Shown piece after piece: positions 27,190-39,277 of a stretch of 64,000 nt of DNA. The translations under genes and the position numbers were made by a program. Origin of the DNA: Octopus vulgaris (taxonomy: Eukaryota); NCBI GenBank assembly GCA_951406725.2, contig OX597823.1, positions 117,862,001 through 117,926,000 on the forward strand, given 5' to 3'. The notes beneath the pieces were generated by a model, which ran no database searches, was not told where the DNA came from, and saw nothing but the letters and a program-made list of their open reading frames with translations. Positions within the stretch are counted from its first letter, which is position 1. Each line of letters begins with the position of its first letter.

Positions 27190-28120
27190 CACATTGATAT
27201 TACCCATCCAGTGAAGCATACTGCCTTCATTTCTTTCAAGTTTTCACATATCCTCAGTAGTCACAGCCCAGGTCTCACTGCCATGCAGTATAGCTGTTCA
27301 TACAGAGGCATCATATAGTCTGCCATTCACTCTGAGGGAGAGGCCCTTCATTACTAACAGAGGTAGTAACTCTCTGAACTTCATCCAGCCTGTTCTTATT
27401 CTCTCAGAGTGACAGGCAGATTGTATAATGTCTGTGTATGTACAGCTGTTACAGGGCAATGAAATATGGGCTTTCACTACAGAGGACTTGCAAATACTTG
27501 AAAGAAATGAACTAGCATGCTCCGCTGGATGGTAATGTCAGTGTGTATGCACGATAGAGTATAAATGATTTAAGAGGAAAACTGGGTATAAGAGACATCA
27601 GATGTGTGCAAGAGAGAAGACTACACCGGTTTGGTGATATGATGCATATGGATGAGAGCAGCTGCATAAAGAAGTACCAAGCTCTAATTATGGAGGAAAC
27701 CTGTGGAAAGTTTAGACCCAGGAAGACGTGGGACAAAGTGGTGGGAAAGGATCTTTGAACCCTGGGCCTCACTGAGGAAATGACAAGAGACTGGGAGATG
27801 TGGCAATTTGTTGTATTTGATAAAACACATCAAGCTAAGTAAAATTGCCATCTTCCACATGTACAGGCTTGTCTTTTCAGGTGCCAGTGGCCCATAAAAA
27901 GCACCTGTGTCAGTGCTGCGTAAATGCACCTGTGCCAGTGCTGGCATGTAAAAGACACACAGTCCACACTCTGTTAAGTGGTTGGCATTAGGAAGGGCCT
28001 CATCCAGCCATAGAAACCATGCCACAACAGACAGGTGGAGTCTGGACAGCTCCCTGCTAGCCGGCTCCATGTCACACCATCCAACCCATGCCAGTATGGA
28101 AAGCAGACATTAAATGATGT
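27190..28120. mobile_element. Two RTE C-terminal fragments head-to-head (27190-27402 minus; 27403-28120 plus, with 3' UTR)
   Basis: Both cover the LRV.GRLY..CV...LERNE.SMLRWM region. The plus copy continues through RLHRFGDMMHMDE, GKFRPRKTW and a family C-like tail. Confidence 0.75.
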
Positions 28121-28875
28121 GTGGTGTGGTGTGGGGGGATGGATGGATGGATAGATATAGATATGTGTGCATGTGTGTGTGTGTACATTTATACATACAT
28201 ACATACACATAAACACACACATTATGTGGAGGATATTTTCAAACAAGATAGTACAACCATATCTGATTTTTCAAGTGTTTCGATTCTATGTTTGTACATA
28301 TATTTACTAGATTGCTGACATCTATCAATGGTTTCTCCTATTGTGCTGATGTGTTATATTTTATCATTAATAAACTGTCGCCATTTTTGACGATACAGGT
28401 ATGTTAGTTTTTTAATATTTACTTAAACTACTATACTTTCGCTTTTTATCCCATCCTGTTTTTTGGGTTTTTTAACATTAGGGATAGTCAACTCCCTGAA
28501 CTTCTTTCTAGTACCTTAATTAATATAAAACAACAAGTCTTTATTTTTACAGACCACAAGCTAACTTTGAGCTTTCATATGTTGTATATATAAAGAGAAA
28601 ACTTTGTATGTATGCTTAGAGTTGACTCATTAACATAACCATGATGTTCTGGTAATCTTATTGGCTAGCTAGCTTTATTTGCATTGAATTTTGAATATAC
28701 AACTGTATTGTATAATGCATAGCATGCATATCAATGTGAACATGTAAACATAATTTTATTCCACGCTGAAATTATTACTAGTGGAAGGCTGTGAAACAGC
28801 TGTAATTTTATATCAAGTGGTTAAATAATATATTGCTGTCATACCTCCTGACATTTTGTGGTTTATATATATATA

Positions 28876-28929
<54 letters not shown>

Positions 28930-28930
<1 letters not shown>

Positions 28931-29346
28931 CTTTTATTTGTTTCAGTCATTTGACTCTGGCCATGCTGGAGCAGCACCTGTAGTTGAACCCCAGGACTTA
29001 TTCTTTGTAGGCTAGTACTTGTTCTATCAGTCTCTTTTGCCAAACCACTAAGTTTACGGGGACATAAACACACACCAACATCAGTTGTCAAGCAATGGGG
29101 GGGGGGCTGGAGACAAACACAGACACACAAACATACACACACACACACATATATATATATATACATATATATACATACATACACACGACAGGCTTCTTTC
29201 AGTTTCCGTCTACCAAATCCACTCACAAAGCTTTGGTCAGCCTGAGACTATAGTAGAAAACATTTGTCTAAGATGCCATGCAGTGGGACTGAACCCAGAA
29301 CTATGTAGTTGGTAAGCAAGCTACTTACCACACACCCACACCTGTG

Positions 29347-29350
<4 letters not shown>
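28930..29350 (-). mobile_element. Family B SINE
   Basis: Homologous to 34531-34960; another copy at about 29840-30205. Confidence 0.85.
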
Positions 29351-29395
<45 letters not shown>

Positions 29396-29541
29396 ATGGT
29401 GTCATTGAGACCCAAAGATGTCAGGTAATGCTGAATAAGTGCTATAGACAGACCATAGTTAAGTTCCAGATTCGGTAGTTTTGTGAATAAGGGGTTCAAC
29501 GTTGGTTGTATGTCAGCGTGTGTATATAAGAATTTTTTGTG

Positions 29542-29732
29542 TAATAAGATAAAAAACCAAGGCTGTATAGATATTAGAACATTTATAGATAGGTCTTACA
29601 GCTGTTTCTAGGATATTTATTAATTATATCCCTTCATTGGAGGGATATAATTAATAAATATCCTAGAAACAGCTGTAAGACCTATCTATAAATGTTCTAA
29701 TATCTACACAGCCTTGGTTTTTTATCTTATTA
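29542..29732. repeat. 92-bp-arm palindrome (inverted Penelope-like pLTR) containing a mutated minimal hammerhead on the minus strand
   Basis: Arms 29542-29633 and 29641-29732, one mismatch, 7-nt spacer. The minus strand reads ctCCAATGAagggatat-aattaataa-atatcctaGAAACagctGTAagac. Confidence 0.85.
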
Positions 29733-29742
29733 AGTAATGCTT

Positions 29743-29815
<73 letters not shown>

Positions 29816-30994
29816 AACACACAATTGCAACTTATTCTTTTCTTTTATTCTTTTACTTGTTTCAGTCATTTGACTGTGGCCATGCTAGAGCACTGCCTTG
29901 AAGAGTTTTAGTCAAACAAATCAACACTAGGATTTATTTGTTTAAGCCTAGTACTTTTGCTGAACCAGTAAGTTACAGGGAAAGAAACACAACAATACTG
30001 GTTGTTAAGCAGAGTTGGGGGAGGGGGCAAACACAGACACACACACACATACATACATACAACAGGTTTCTTTCAGTTTCCATCTACCAAATTCACTCAC
30101 AAAGCTTTAGTCGGCCCAAAGCTATAGTAGTAGACACTTGCCCAAGGTGCCACACAGTGGGACTGAACCTGGAACCATGTGGTTGGAAAGCAAGCTTCTT
30201 ACCACCATTTCCCATTCTTAAATATCATTGTTTTTAAGTCAATTCCATAATTAATTTTCAATGATTTTTCCTTTGGCTGTGAAGTTAAACAAAGCAGTAT
30301 GGCGCACGCATAAATCCATACTTATAATTTGATTTTGTCAGCAGCTGAGTCTTCCTTTATTAACTAATGTCAATGTTACATTATGTCATAATTCTCTGAA
30401 CCAATCACTGATGAACCATCTTCATTAACAGCAGCAACAGCTTCCATAACAACAACAACAAGGAGCAGTGGCTCTATGCTAACACTTATCAATATCTAGC
30501 ACTTTTCCTACTCAATAAGCTAGTTCTGAGTTCAAATTCCGCCGAGATCAACTTTGCCTTTCATCCTTTCAGGGTCGATAAATTAAGTACCAGTTGCGTA
30601 CTGGGTCACTCTAATTGACTGACACCCCCACTCCCCCAAAATTTCAGGCCTTGTGCCTAATAATAAAAGGGTAAAATTAGAAGATTCGTTATTTTTTCTT
30701 TTTGCCTACATAAAGAAGTGTATTACTGTCTGGGAGATCATTACAGTAGTAGAAAAGGAATTTTGGCTCCTATTTCTAAATTCAGTGCATGGCAAAGCAA
30801 TTAGCTGATCCCTAATTATAATTATGTTTATAATTATAGAATATATGTATAATTTTACCTAAAAAGGTTATTTTAGTGTACCGATCTACTTGGTAAAATT
30901 TTTAATTATTAATTAATTAATTGATCAATTAATTTTACCCTTTTATTATTAATATTGAAATTATAATTTACTCCATGATCGAAAACTGCAGTTT

Positions 30995-31163
30995 CAGCGG
31001 GATTGCTCGTAACACACACGCACACTCTCCTACCCTGATGTAATCTCCAAGGATACAGGCATCCAGCAACAGGACCTCCGTAATGCTATGATGGACCGTG
31101 AAGTCTGGCGCAACATAGTAAATTCCATTGTCTCGACCATGGTCAAACAATGATGATGATGAT
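30995..31163 (+). mobile_element. RTE/RTE-X-like LINE 3' end nested in the pLTR
   Basis: Encodes SYPDVISKDTGIQQQDLRNAMMDREVWRNIVNSI, followed by a (GAT)n tail. Confidence 0.75.
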
Positions 31164-31286
31164 TGAAGATAAATGTGTTCACATTCGGCTGTATATTTTT
31201 GGAAGTGTTGGTTGGATATCAGTTATGCGATGGCGCTCAATCGCGTACATAGTTAATCCTAGCACTCTCAAATTTATATCTGAAAT

Positions 31287-31353
31287 GCTGCACTGAAGAT
31301 GGGAAATAAGTAAGTAATATAACTGTACTTTAATCTCGAAATGCGTATGTAGC
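31287..31353 (+). ncRNA. Minimal type I hammerhead ribozyme motif (Penelope-associated)
   Basis: Stem I GCTGCA/TGTAGC, core CTGAAGA (31293-31299), extended stem II GGGA..AAGTA..TACTT..TCTC, then GAAA-TGC-GTA with cleavage triplet GUA. Confidence 0.7.
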
Positions 31354-32465
31354 TAATCTGAGTCGTGTGGATTCATTTTTTTTTTTCTTTTTGCCTACGT
31401 AAAAAAGTGTTATTGTCTGGGAGATCATTACAGTAGTAGAAAAGAAATTTTAGCTCCTATTTCTAAATTCGGTACATGGCGAAGCAATTAGCTGACCCCT
31501 AATTATAATTATGTTTATAATTATAGAATATGTGTATAATTTTACCTAAAAAGGTTATTTTAGTGTACCAATCTACTTGATAAAATTATTAATTAATTAA
31601 TTTCACCCTTTTATTATTAATATATATATATACATGTGTGTGCGTGTGTGTGTGCATATATATATATATATATACGTGACAGACTTCTTTCAGTTTCCAT
31701 CTACCAAATCCAATCACAAGGCTTTGGTCAACCTGAGGCTCTAGTAGAAGACACTTGCCCAAGGTTCCACACAGTGGGACTGAACCTGGAACCATGTGGT
31801 CAAGAAGCAAACTTCTTACCACACAGCCACGTCACAGGATCTTTATTTCCTTTGATAACTTAAATGCAGCAGATGTGTATGTACGTTTGCTTGTGTGTGT
31901 GTGCGATGGACTTTCCTGTCGAAGGTGACATAAGAGAGTTCAGCTTTTTTGCTAAATGACCTGCACAAATGATGTGTTTATAGTGATCACATATATGTGC
32001 TGTATATTAGCTAACTCCCCCCCCACTGCCCATCAAATCGCCATTGCCTGAACAGGTGTGCAATGCTTCAGGTGTTAAAGTGATCATAGAGCAATGTGAG
32101 ATGAAGTGTTTTGCTCAAGAACATAACACACCACCCAGGCTAGGAATTGAAACAATGATCTCACAATCATGAGTGCAACACTAACCACTAGGTCATGCAT
32201 CCTCACTTGGGCAAGTGTCTTCTCCTATAGCCCTGGGCTGACCAAAGCCTTGTGAGTGGGTTTGGTAAACAGAAACAAGCCCATTGTATGTGTGTGTGTA
32301 CATATATATATATATACCAAATATATGTTTTTATTATTTTTTTGCAATTTACTTAATCTTCAGTATATTATTGTTATTTTAATTTTAATATTTCTATTAT
32401 ATGTAATTTTCTAGATGGTGTAATTTAATTGTTCATTTTGAATTGATAAAAGGTGTTTTTTTCTA

Positions 32466-32520
<55 letters not shown>

Positions 32521-32695
32521 TTTATGAAATTTGATTCAGTATTTCTAAATTGAATTTTTCCCTGTAAGTTAGGAATAATATTCCCTCAAATAATTATTAC
32601 TATTATATATATATATATATATACGGAGATGTACTCGCATAGCAAGTAATTTGATCTGAGATCGTGTGCTAAAACGAAAACAATTGCTAAAATCC

Positions 32696-32770
32696 GCGAC
32701 CTGTTCACTGACAAAAATCTGTGCTGCATCTCAGAGATGCAGCACGGATTTTTGTCAGTGAACAGGTCGC
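32696..32770. repeat. 37-bp-arm near-perfect palindrome inside a (TA)n-flanked Penelope-like fragment (32624-32883)
   Basis: gcgacctgttcactgacaaaaatctgtgctgcatctc-a-gagatgcagcacggatttttgtcagtgaacaggtcgc, one mismatch. Confidence 0.9.
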
Positions 32771-32801
32771 AGTCTTAAAGCGATGAAAATATTTTGACAA
32801 A
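32751..32801 (+). ncRNA. Variant minimal hammerhead-like motif with G3:C8 core
   Basis: Stem I TTTGTCA/TGACAAA, core GTGAACA, stem II GTCGC/GCGAT, GAA, self-complementary stem III AATATT, U17. Confidence 0.55.
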
Positions 32802-32882
32802 TTAAACTTAAATGATGAAGTGAATCGAACGGCTTTTGTGTGTTTCTTAAATGGCTTATAAACACCTTCCACGCTGCAATTG

Positions 32883-32914
<32 letters not shown>

Positions 32915-33083
32915 ATCAAAAAGGGGTCGAATTAATTAATTGTTAATAAATTCGACCAAGCAGTATTCGGTATGTAAAGACCATTTACGGTATATTTGAA
33001 GTATTAATTTATAAAAATATGGTAAAGTAAAAGAATTCACTTTACCACACACTTTACCAGTTCGGTGTGTGGTAAAGTGAATT

Positions 33084-33121
<38 letters not shown>

Positions 33122-33814
33122 GTGTGTGTGTGTGTCTACATATGTGTGTGCATAAGTGTGTGTGTGCATGTGTGCAACTGTTCTCTTGTCTTGACATCAT
33201 TTGTGATGTCTGGTCATGACAAAATATTAACTTGCTGGGAAAGAGGTGACGGTTAGCAACAAGTAGGACATCCAACCATAAAAGTCCAATAAAACAAAAT
33301 TCTGTCTGAGCTATACAAGCATGTAAAATAGGCCATTAAACAGATGATGGTGATATATGCATCATAAGGTTTTGTGGTAGGTGTGCTCATCTCTGTAACT
33401 GCAACATTTACACCTTTTGAGTACACCTGTATGATTCGTTTTGTCTGAGATTTATTTTCTCAATAAAGCGTTCCCATACACATAAACTGTGTTCACAGCA
33501 TGTCACAGCTAAACTGATTTATTGTACAATGGAGAATGTGAGTAAAGTCATTTTAACAGTAATCAGACATTTTTGTCATAATGGTCACAATTTATTATTT
33601 CTTTACAGATTTGTATAATTAGTCTACAACCCCTTACTGAACTGCAACACCTTCCCTGGGGGTATACATCAGCTAACCAAACCAAGGTAGTCAAGCAGTA
33701 ACCCACAACATGTTAGTTTAATGCTATTTGTATTTGTTAACCCAGTTAAAAGAGTCCCATTAGGTGTTTTGCTTGATATATATTTCAATTAATAAAAATA
33801 TTTCAATTACAGTG

Positions 33815-34057
33815 CCGCTAGACTGGCTCCTGTGCAGGTGGCATGTAAAAAGCACCATTTGGGCGTGGCCGTTGCCAGTACCACCAAACTGGCCCTCGTG
33901 CTGGTGGCACGTAAAAGCACCCACTACACTCTAGGAGTGGTTGGCGTTAGGAAGGGCATCCAGCAGTAAAAACTCTGTCAGATCAGATTGGAGTCTGGTT
34001 CGCCAGACCTGTCAAATCGTCCAACCCATGCTAGCATAGGAAATGATGATGATGATG
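33815..34057 (+). mobile_element. Family C element
   Basis: Body and (GAT)n tail as in the other copies. Confidence 0.85.
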
Positions 34058-34530
34058 AAAGTCATGAGAATTTTGTACAAGAAGCTGAACAGATATCTGC
34101 TAACAGAACACTATCTGAAGTACAAGGAAGCAAAAAATGATTGTTTACTTTCATATACCATAACATGGACATTCAGAGTTTAAAAGCAACAAGGCTATTA
34201 GAATATACTGATTTTAGCAGCTGCACTCTCTTCAGTCGTAAGAAATGCAGTTTCAATATCTAATGTTGTTCTTGTGGTCTCTCTTGCACAGGATGAACAC
34301 ACAGAAAAAATGGTAATGGAGAAGATAGTCAATAATGGTGAAGGTAGTGGAATTGATGGTGATGGAAGCAGTGATGAAAACACTAGCAGTGACAACAACA
34401 AGAAACATCAATGAAGGTGGTGATGATGATGGCGGTCATAAATTAGTTCTAACACAGATGTACATATAATGCGTGTGTTTGTGTGTGTGTGTGTGCACAA
34501 GCATAATTAATATATTTATTACAGAATCGT

Positions 34531-34696
34531 AGGTGCAGGAGTGGCTGTGTGGTAAGTAGCTTGCTTAACAACCACATGGTTCCGGTTTCAGGTCCACTGC
34601 GTTGCACCTTGGGCAAGTGTTTTCTACTATAGCCTCGGGCCGACCAAAGCCTTGTGAGTGGATTTGGTAGACAGAAACTGAAAGAAGCCTGTCGTA

Positions 34697-34767
<71 letters not shown>

Positions 34768-34960
34768 TTGTTTGTCTCTCTGGCATTGCTTGACAACCGA
34801 TGCTGCTGTGTTTATGTCCCCGTCATTTAGCGCTTCGGCAAAAAGGCCGATAGAATAAGTACCAAGCTTATAAAGAATAAGTCCCGGGGTTGATTTGCTC
34901 GACTAAAGGCAGTGCTCCAGCATGGCTGCAGTCAAATGACTGAAACAAGTAAAAGAGTAA
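34531..34960 (+). mobile_element. Full-length family B tRNA-derived SINE
   Basis: A-box-like tggctgtgtggt and B-box-like region. Continues ccttgggcaagtgt.., a central (TA)n(TG)n tract, and the 3' end gtcaaatgactgaaacaagtaaaagagtaa. Confidence 0.9.
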
Positions 34961-36372
34961 TGTTGTCTTGAAAGGTTATTTTAACTCCTTATTTTTGATA
35001 GTAGAAAATTGCTTAATTTCAAAGTTTCCCTGTTGTATGCTTATCAAACATTTTGTTACAACTGGGGACTAGATTGAAATCCAAAGCTAAGTCCACCAAC
35101 ATCTGATCTGAAATACCCTTTGGGCCAAAAATCACTCATCCACATCTTAATTGATTTGGTACTTTTTTTATCAAGTCTCTGAGATGGCAATAAGTGGCAA
35201 ACAAAGTCTATTTAAGCAGCAGTTGTACAACTACAGATTGCACATTTTTCTATTTGCTACTCAACTACTTATTCATTGTAACAGTAAATTTCGCATTATT
35301 TTCCTATCAGCTTTGAAATGTTAGACAAATAAATTTTAAATCTTATGACAGCAAGCTCACAGTAAAAATATGGTGGTCACAGCTAGAATGTAAATCACAC
35401 AATGAAATTTGATCTAACACCCACATACAAGTTTAATCTTCTATCCATGTATTATATAACTTCTTAAGCAGGGCTGAAGCTGTTTGTATCACTGATGTTA
35501 TTTCTTCAAGGAATATATTTACAATCAAATATATATATTGGACAACTGGGAGTTGAGTAAATATCTCAAATCCAACTGAGAAACTCTAGAGGCTGTAAAA
35601 ACTAAAGTTATAATACAAACTATTAACCCATCTCAACCAGTTGGGACTCTTTTCCATAAAATAGTAAAGCTTTATTCTATTCAAGAATATTTTAAACAGC
35701 TAATAATTACAATTCAAAAGCATTCATTTCTTTGTTTAATACCTCACAAACAACTCAACAATTTATAATATTGAAATTATTTCTCTCTCAAAAGTCTCAC
35801 AAACATCTCAATACCCAAATAAGCCTCACTGCTAGATATTTTTTGAAGAGTCTTTGCTGAAAGAAATAGAAACAGAAAAATTGTTCTCTTTTTATCAATC
35901 ACTGCTGATCAATAAGCCACTCTGTTACAAAACTGTTGAGGTTAATTTTCCCCCAAAATCTTGTGTAACCTAATTTATAAATATTGACTTCATGCCAGAA
36001 ATTACCGTTTGACCTATTAGCATAAATTTCTCAAATTGTATTTCATGCCAAATTTCAAGACCTTAATTTATAATACCAGTCAATTCTTAACTCATTGCTT
36101 TCTAAAAACAACCAAGTACAATTGTCATGTTAACCAAAAGTCTAGTCTTGAAATCAAAATATGAAGAAAAGAGATGAATTTATGTAGCAAGTTAATTTTC
36201 TAACAGTTCTTTTGTCAGCTACTGTAAATTTAAATAATGTCTACTGTAAGTATAAATTAACTTGTTAATCACTGCAATCTCCTCAAGTCCACAGTCGTCA
36301 GCAACCATTGTCTCTAGTATCTTTCCTACACTTAACAGCCATCCTCAAATGTTACACTAGTGCTGTGTTTAG

Positions 36373-36596
36373 CTCTTTGGCATTTAAATCAGCCATATCT
36401 GGCCCAAATATTCTAACTGTTTTATGTTCAAACTGGCCAGATACGGCCTCTCATACTTATCCTATAGTATCATTCTAAAAATAGACAATTACATCATTGA
36501 AAGTTCAAATCTACAAGATAAAGCATGATTAATTCAAAACAATGTGAATAAATAATCATTAATTACACTTGACTGAGCAATCTGAATGCTAAAGGG
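36373..36596. mobile_element. TTAA-type MITE (second family; related copies at about 6490-6690, 46087-46631 and 52065-52285)
   Basis: Ends tctgaatgctaaaggg|TTAA; internal homology to the listed copies. Confidence 0.75.
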
Positions 36597-37369
36597 TTAA
36601 AGCTGACCATATTAGTCATCATTTTAATTCTAATTTTTCCATGTTTTGAGCGATGGGATCTGGAATTCTGTATCTTGCCACTCATAGTGATTCTTTGTTA
36701 TCTCTTTCATGAGGTTCAACCTCAAGATCAGCTTCCTCCATGTCTTTCTGACCTTCCTTCTCCTACAGGCTACCTCCACTTAGGTTGCATAGCCCTTCTT
36801 TACTCAGGTGTCATTTTCAATATGTATCACATATCCCTACCAGCTCAGATTTCTCTCTTGCGCTCCATATATGATTCCTTTTATGCCCTGTTTTTCTCTC
36901 AGCTCATATGGGCTCCATCTTTCAAGCACAATAACCTTACACATCCAGTAGAGCATGTTCACCTCATCTCCTTCCATCCATTGTTTCTCACCTGCATTCA
37001 ATACAACCATGAAACATTATATTTTGTACATAAGCATCATATAATCTACTCTTCACTCAGAGAGAAAATCCCTTTCTTTCCAGTAGAGGTTCTTATTTAT
37101 AAATGTTGACTTCATGCCAGAACTTAATTTTTGACTTTTGGCCTAAATTTTTAAAATTGTAATTCAATCCAAATTAGCTGTGAATTTTTTCTATCCAATT
37201 CTTATTCTAGCTAGTATGCTTTCAAAATACACTCCTCCATAGTTAATTAGATCACCAACTACTTCTAGAGAATTCTCCTAGCATTTTCAAAAATATATTT
37301 TATTGGTGATCTTATTTTAGTTACTCCTATGAATCTGCTACATACAGAGTCTATTTTCTCTGTCAATCT

Positions 37370-38130
37370 ATGGTGCCATTGCATGTCTTATACACCCATA
37401 TGACATTCTTATTTACTCCTTTTCATAGCAAGCAGAGTCACTTCACAGATGCTTTTATCTTTTTTGCAGGGTCCATTTTACGATCTTTTAACTCTAGGCT
37501 TTGCTTTTATATTTGAAATTTCGACACTGATTCTTCAAAAGATCCAGCTATGAAAATTAAATCACCAGCACACAGAAATTCCCAAGTAGCTTCTGTTATA
37601 GCCTACAGAACTAGAATAAACCATAAGGGCTGAGAACCAAACCCTGATGAACTCCTACCAGCACACTATTCCTTGCTGAAGCCCACCTTGCCAAAAGCAT
37701 TTCTCTACATGGCTTGCACAGCTATCACAAGCAATTTATCTACATCAAGATGTCTTAGTGACCACCAGTTTACAGCATATGATACCCTGTTAAAGTCCTT
37801 CTCTGGAACAATTAATGCTAGGTATGGTGGTTATCTTTCTGCTAAGAATCTCTCCAGCAGTTGTCCCACTAAGAAATGAATATTAGTACACCAACTGCAT
37901 CTAAGCTAGTTTGTCTTCCTACTTTAGAATGATAAATCCTTTCTCTTACTTTCATAACTCAGTTCAGCAGCTTGATGCCCTTGCAGTTACTGTTTTCTTG
38001 GACATCTTTACCTTTTGTAAGAGTTGATATTAGTATGACTATGCTAATTAATGGGAATGATCAATACCTATACCCTGCTGATTGACTATGAGAGTGACTA
38101 GCATGTGAATGACTACACCAAATATTTTCA
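37370..38130 (-). mobile_element. Old degraded RTE RT fragment
   Basis: Collinear with 25700-26520 (gaccaccag, QGSVLSP-equivalent ggctgagaaccaaaccctgatgaactcc). Confidence 0.7.
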
Positions 38131-38978
38131 CATCTCAACAACTATCTCTATGACTTCCATATCAACCCTTTAAATGTGAAATTAAATTTCATGGTTATTC
38201 CAGTAATGATGTTTAATATCTACCAAATAATAGAATTGGTATTTACTGCAAGTCACATTACCTCAATAAACTTGACATATCTCAACAAAAAGTAGTTTCA
38301 AACATGATATTCCTCAACAAATGAGAGACTAATATATATAAAACTTTCTGCAGTTAAGAGTAATGGAATTTTGAGTGGATATATCTGATTTTTGCAGTAA
38401 ACGGGTTAAACAGACCAAGCCCAGAAAATTAGTGAATTTTTCTAAGGGACAATGAAAGAGTTTAAAACTGATATCATTTTTGATATTGAATGGATGGCTG
38501 AATCAATAAAGACCTGGATAAGCTGCCTTGTATTTTGTTATGTGTCTTTATTTTCTAAATTCAAGCACCACCAAAACTGACGACCTTTCATCAGAGTGTT
38601 GTTAATGTAAATACATGTTAAGTAATGGGTTTGGTTGATTTTACCCTCTCCCAAAAGTTATGACCTTATACTAATCTTAGATATAATAATTATTATTAAA
38701 GGCAGTGGACAGTTGAATTATAATATTTAACTAAATACATCATGTTATTCATACCTACTACTTTTCAATATTGAGTATGACCACTTCCCAATTGGCAATA
38801 GAGTCTAGTCATTTTTCCAGCTTATTTAAACTTTGGCATTTGCTAAGTTTAAAATCCGTCAATTGTAGGTTTTGCTGCATTTTGTCAATTCCTTTCATGT
38901 TTTAAACTCAATTTCTAAAGAGCCTACTTTATCTTTCATTACTCCAGGGTCAACAATATAAGAACCAGTCAATTATTG

Positions 38979-39277
38979 TTTGTTCCTTCTCGAGCCATGT
39001 CTGGCCCATTAGGGCCAGTTTCCCGGTTTCCTTGGCGTATAGGTTTCCCACCTAGATGAGATGCCGGTCCGTCACAGGTGAGCTGCAAGATGCAGGAGGA
39101 AAGAGTGAGAGAAAGTTGTGGCAAAAGAGTCAGCAGAAGTTCGCCATTATTTTCTACTGGAGCCACATGGAGCTTAAGTGTTTTGCTCACAAACACACAC
39201 ATCACCCAGTCTGAGATTTGAACCCGCAATCCCTTGACCACGAGTCCACTGCTCTAACCACTAGGCCATGTGCCTCC
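38979..39277 (-). mobile_element. tRNA-derived SINE with V-domain-like core and 15-bp TSD
   Basis: Minus strand: ggcacatggcctagtggttagagca (A box), gggttcaaatc (B box), ctgtgacggaccggcatctcatctagg (V-domain-like). TSD accagtcaattattg at 38964-38978 and 39278-39292. Confidence 0.85.

Larger units (their letters stand above)
30660..31625 (+). mobile_element. Penelope-like pLTR tandem: about 250-bp direct repeats around a hammerhead, plus a short terminal inversion
   Basis: About 30682-30954 repeats at about 31370-31623. taataaaagggtaaaatta (30661) is the inverse of taattttacccttttatta (about 30930). Hammerhead at 31287-31353. Confidence 0.7.

Noticed and set aside
34291-34413. Plus-strand acceptor-like site followed by an acidic open frame (DEHTEKMVMEKIVNNGEGSG..)
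   Set aside because: Low-complexity (GAT/GGT-like) sequence with no partner exons or recognisable homology.
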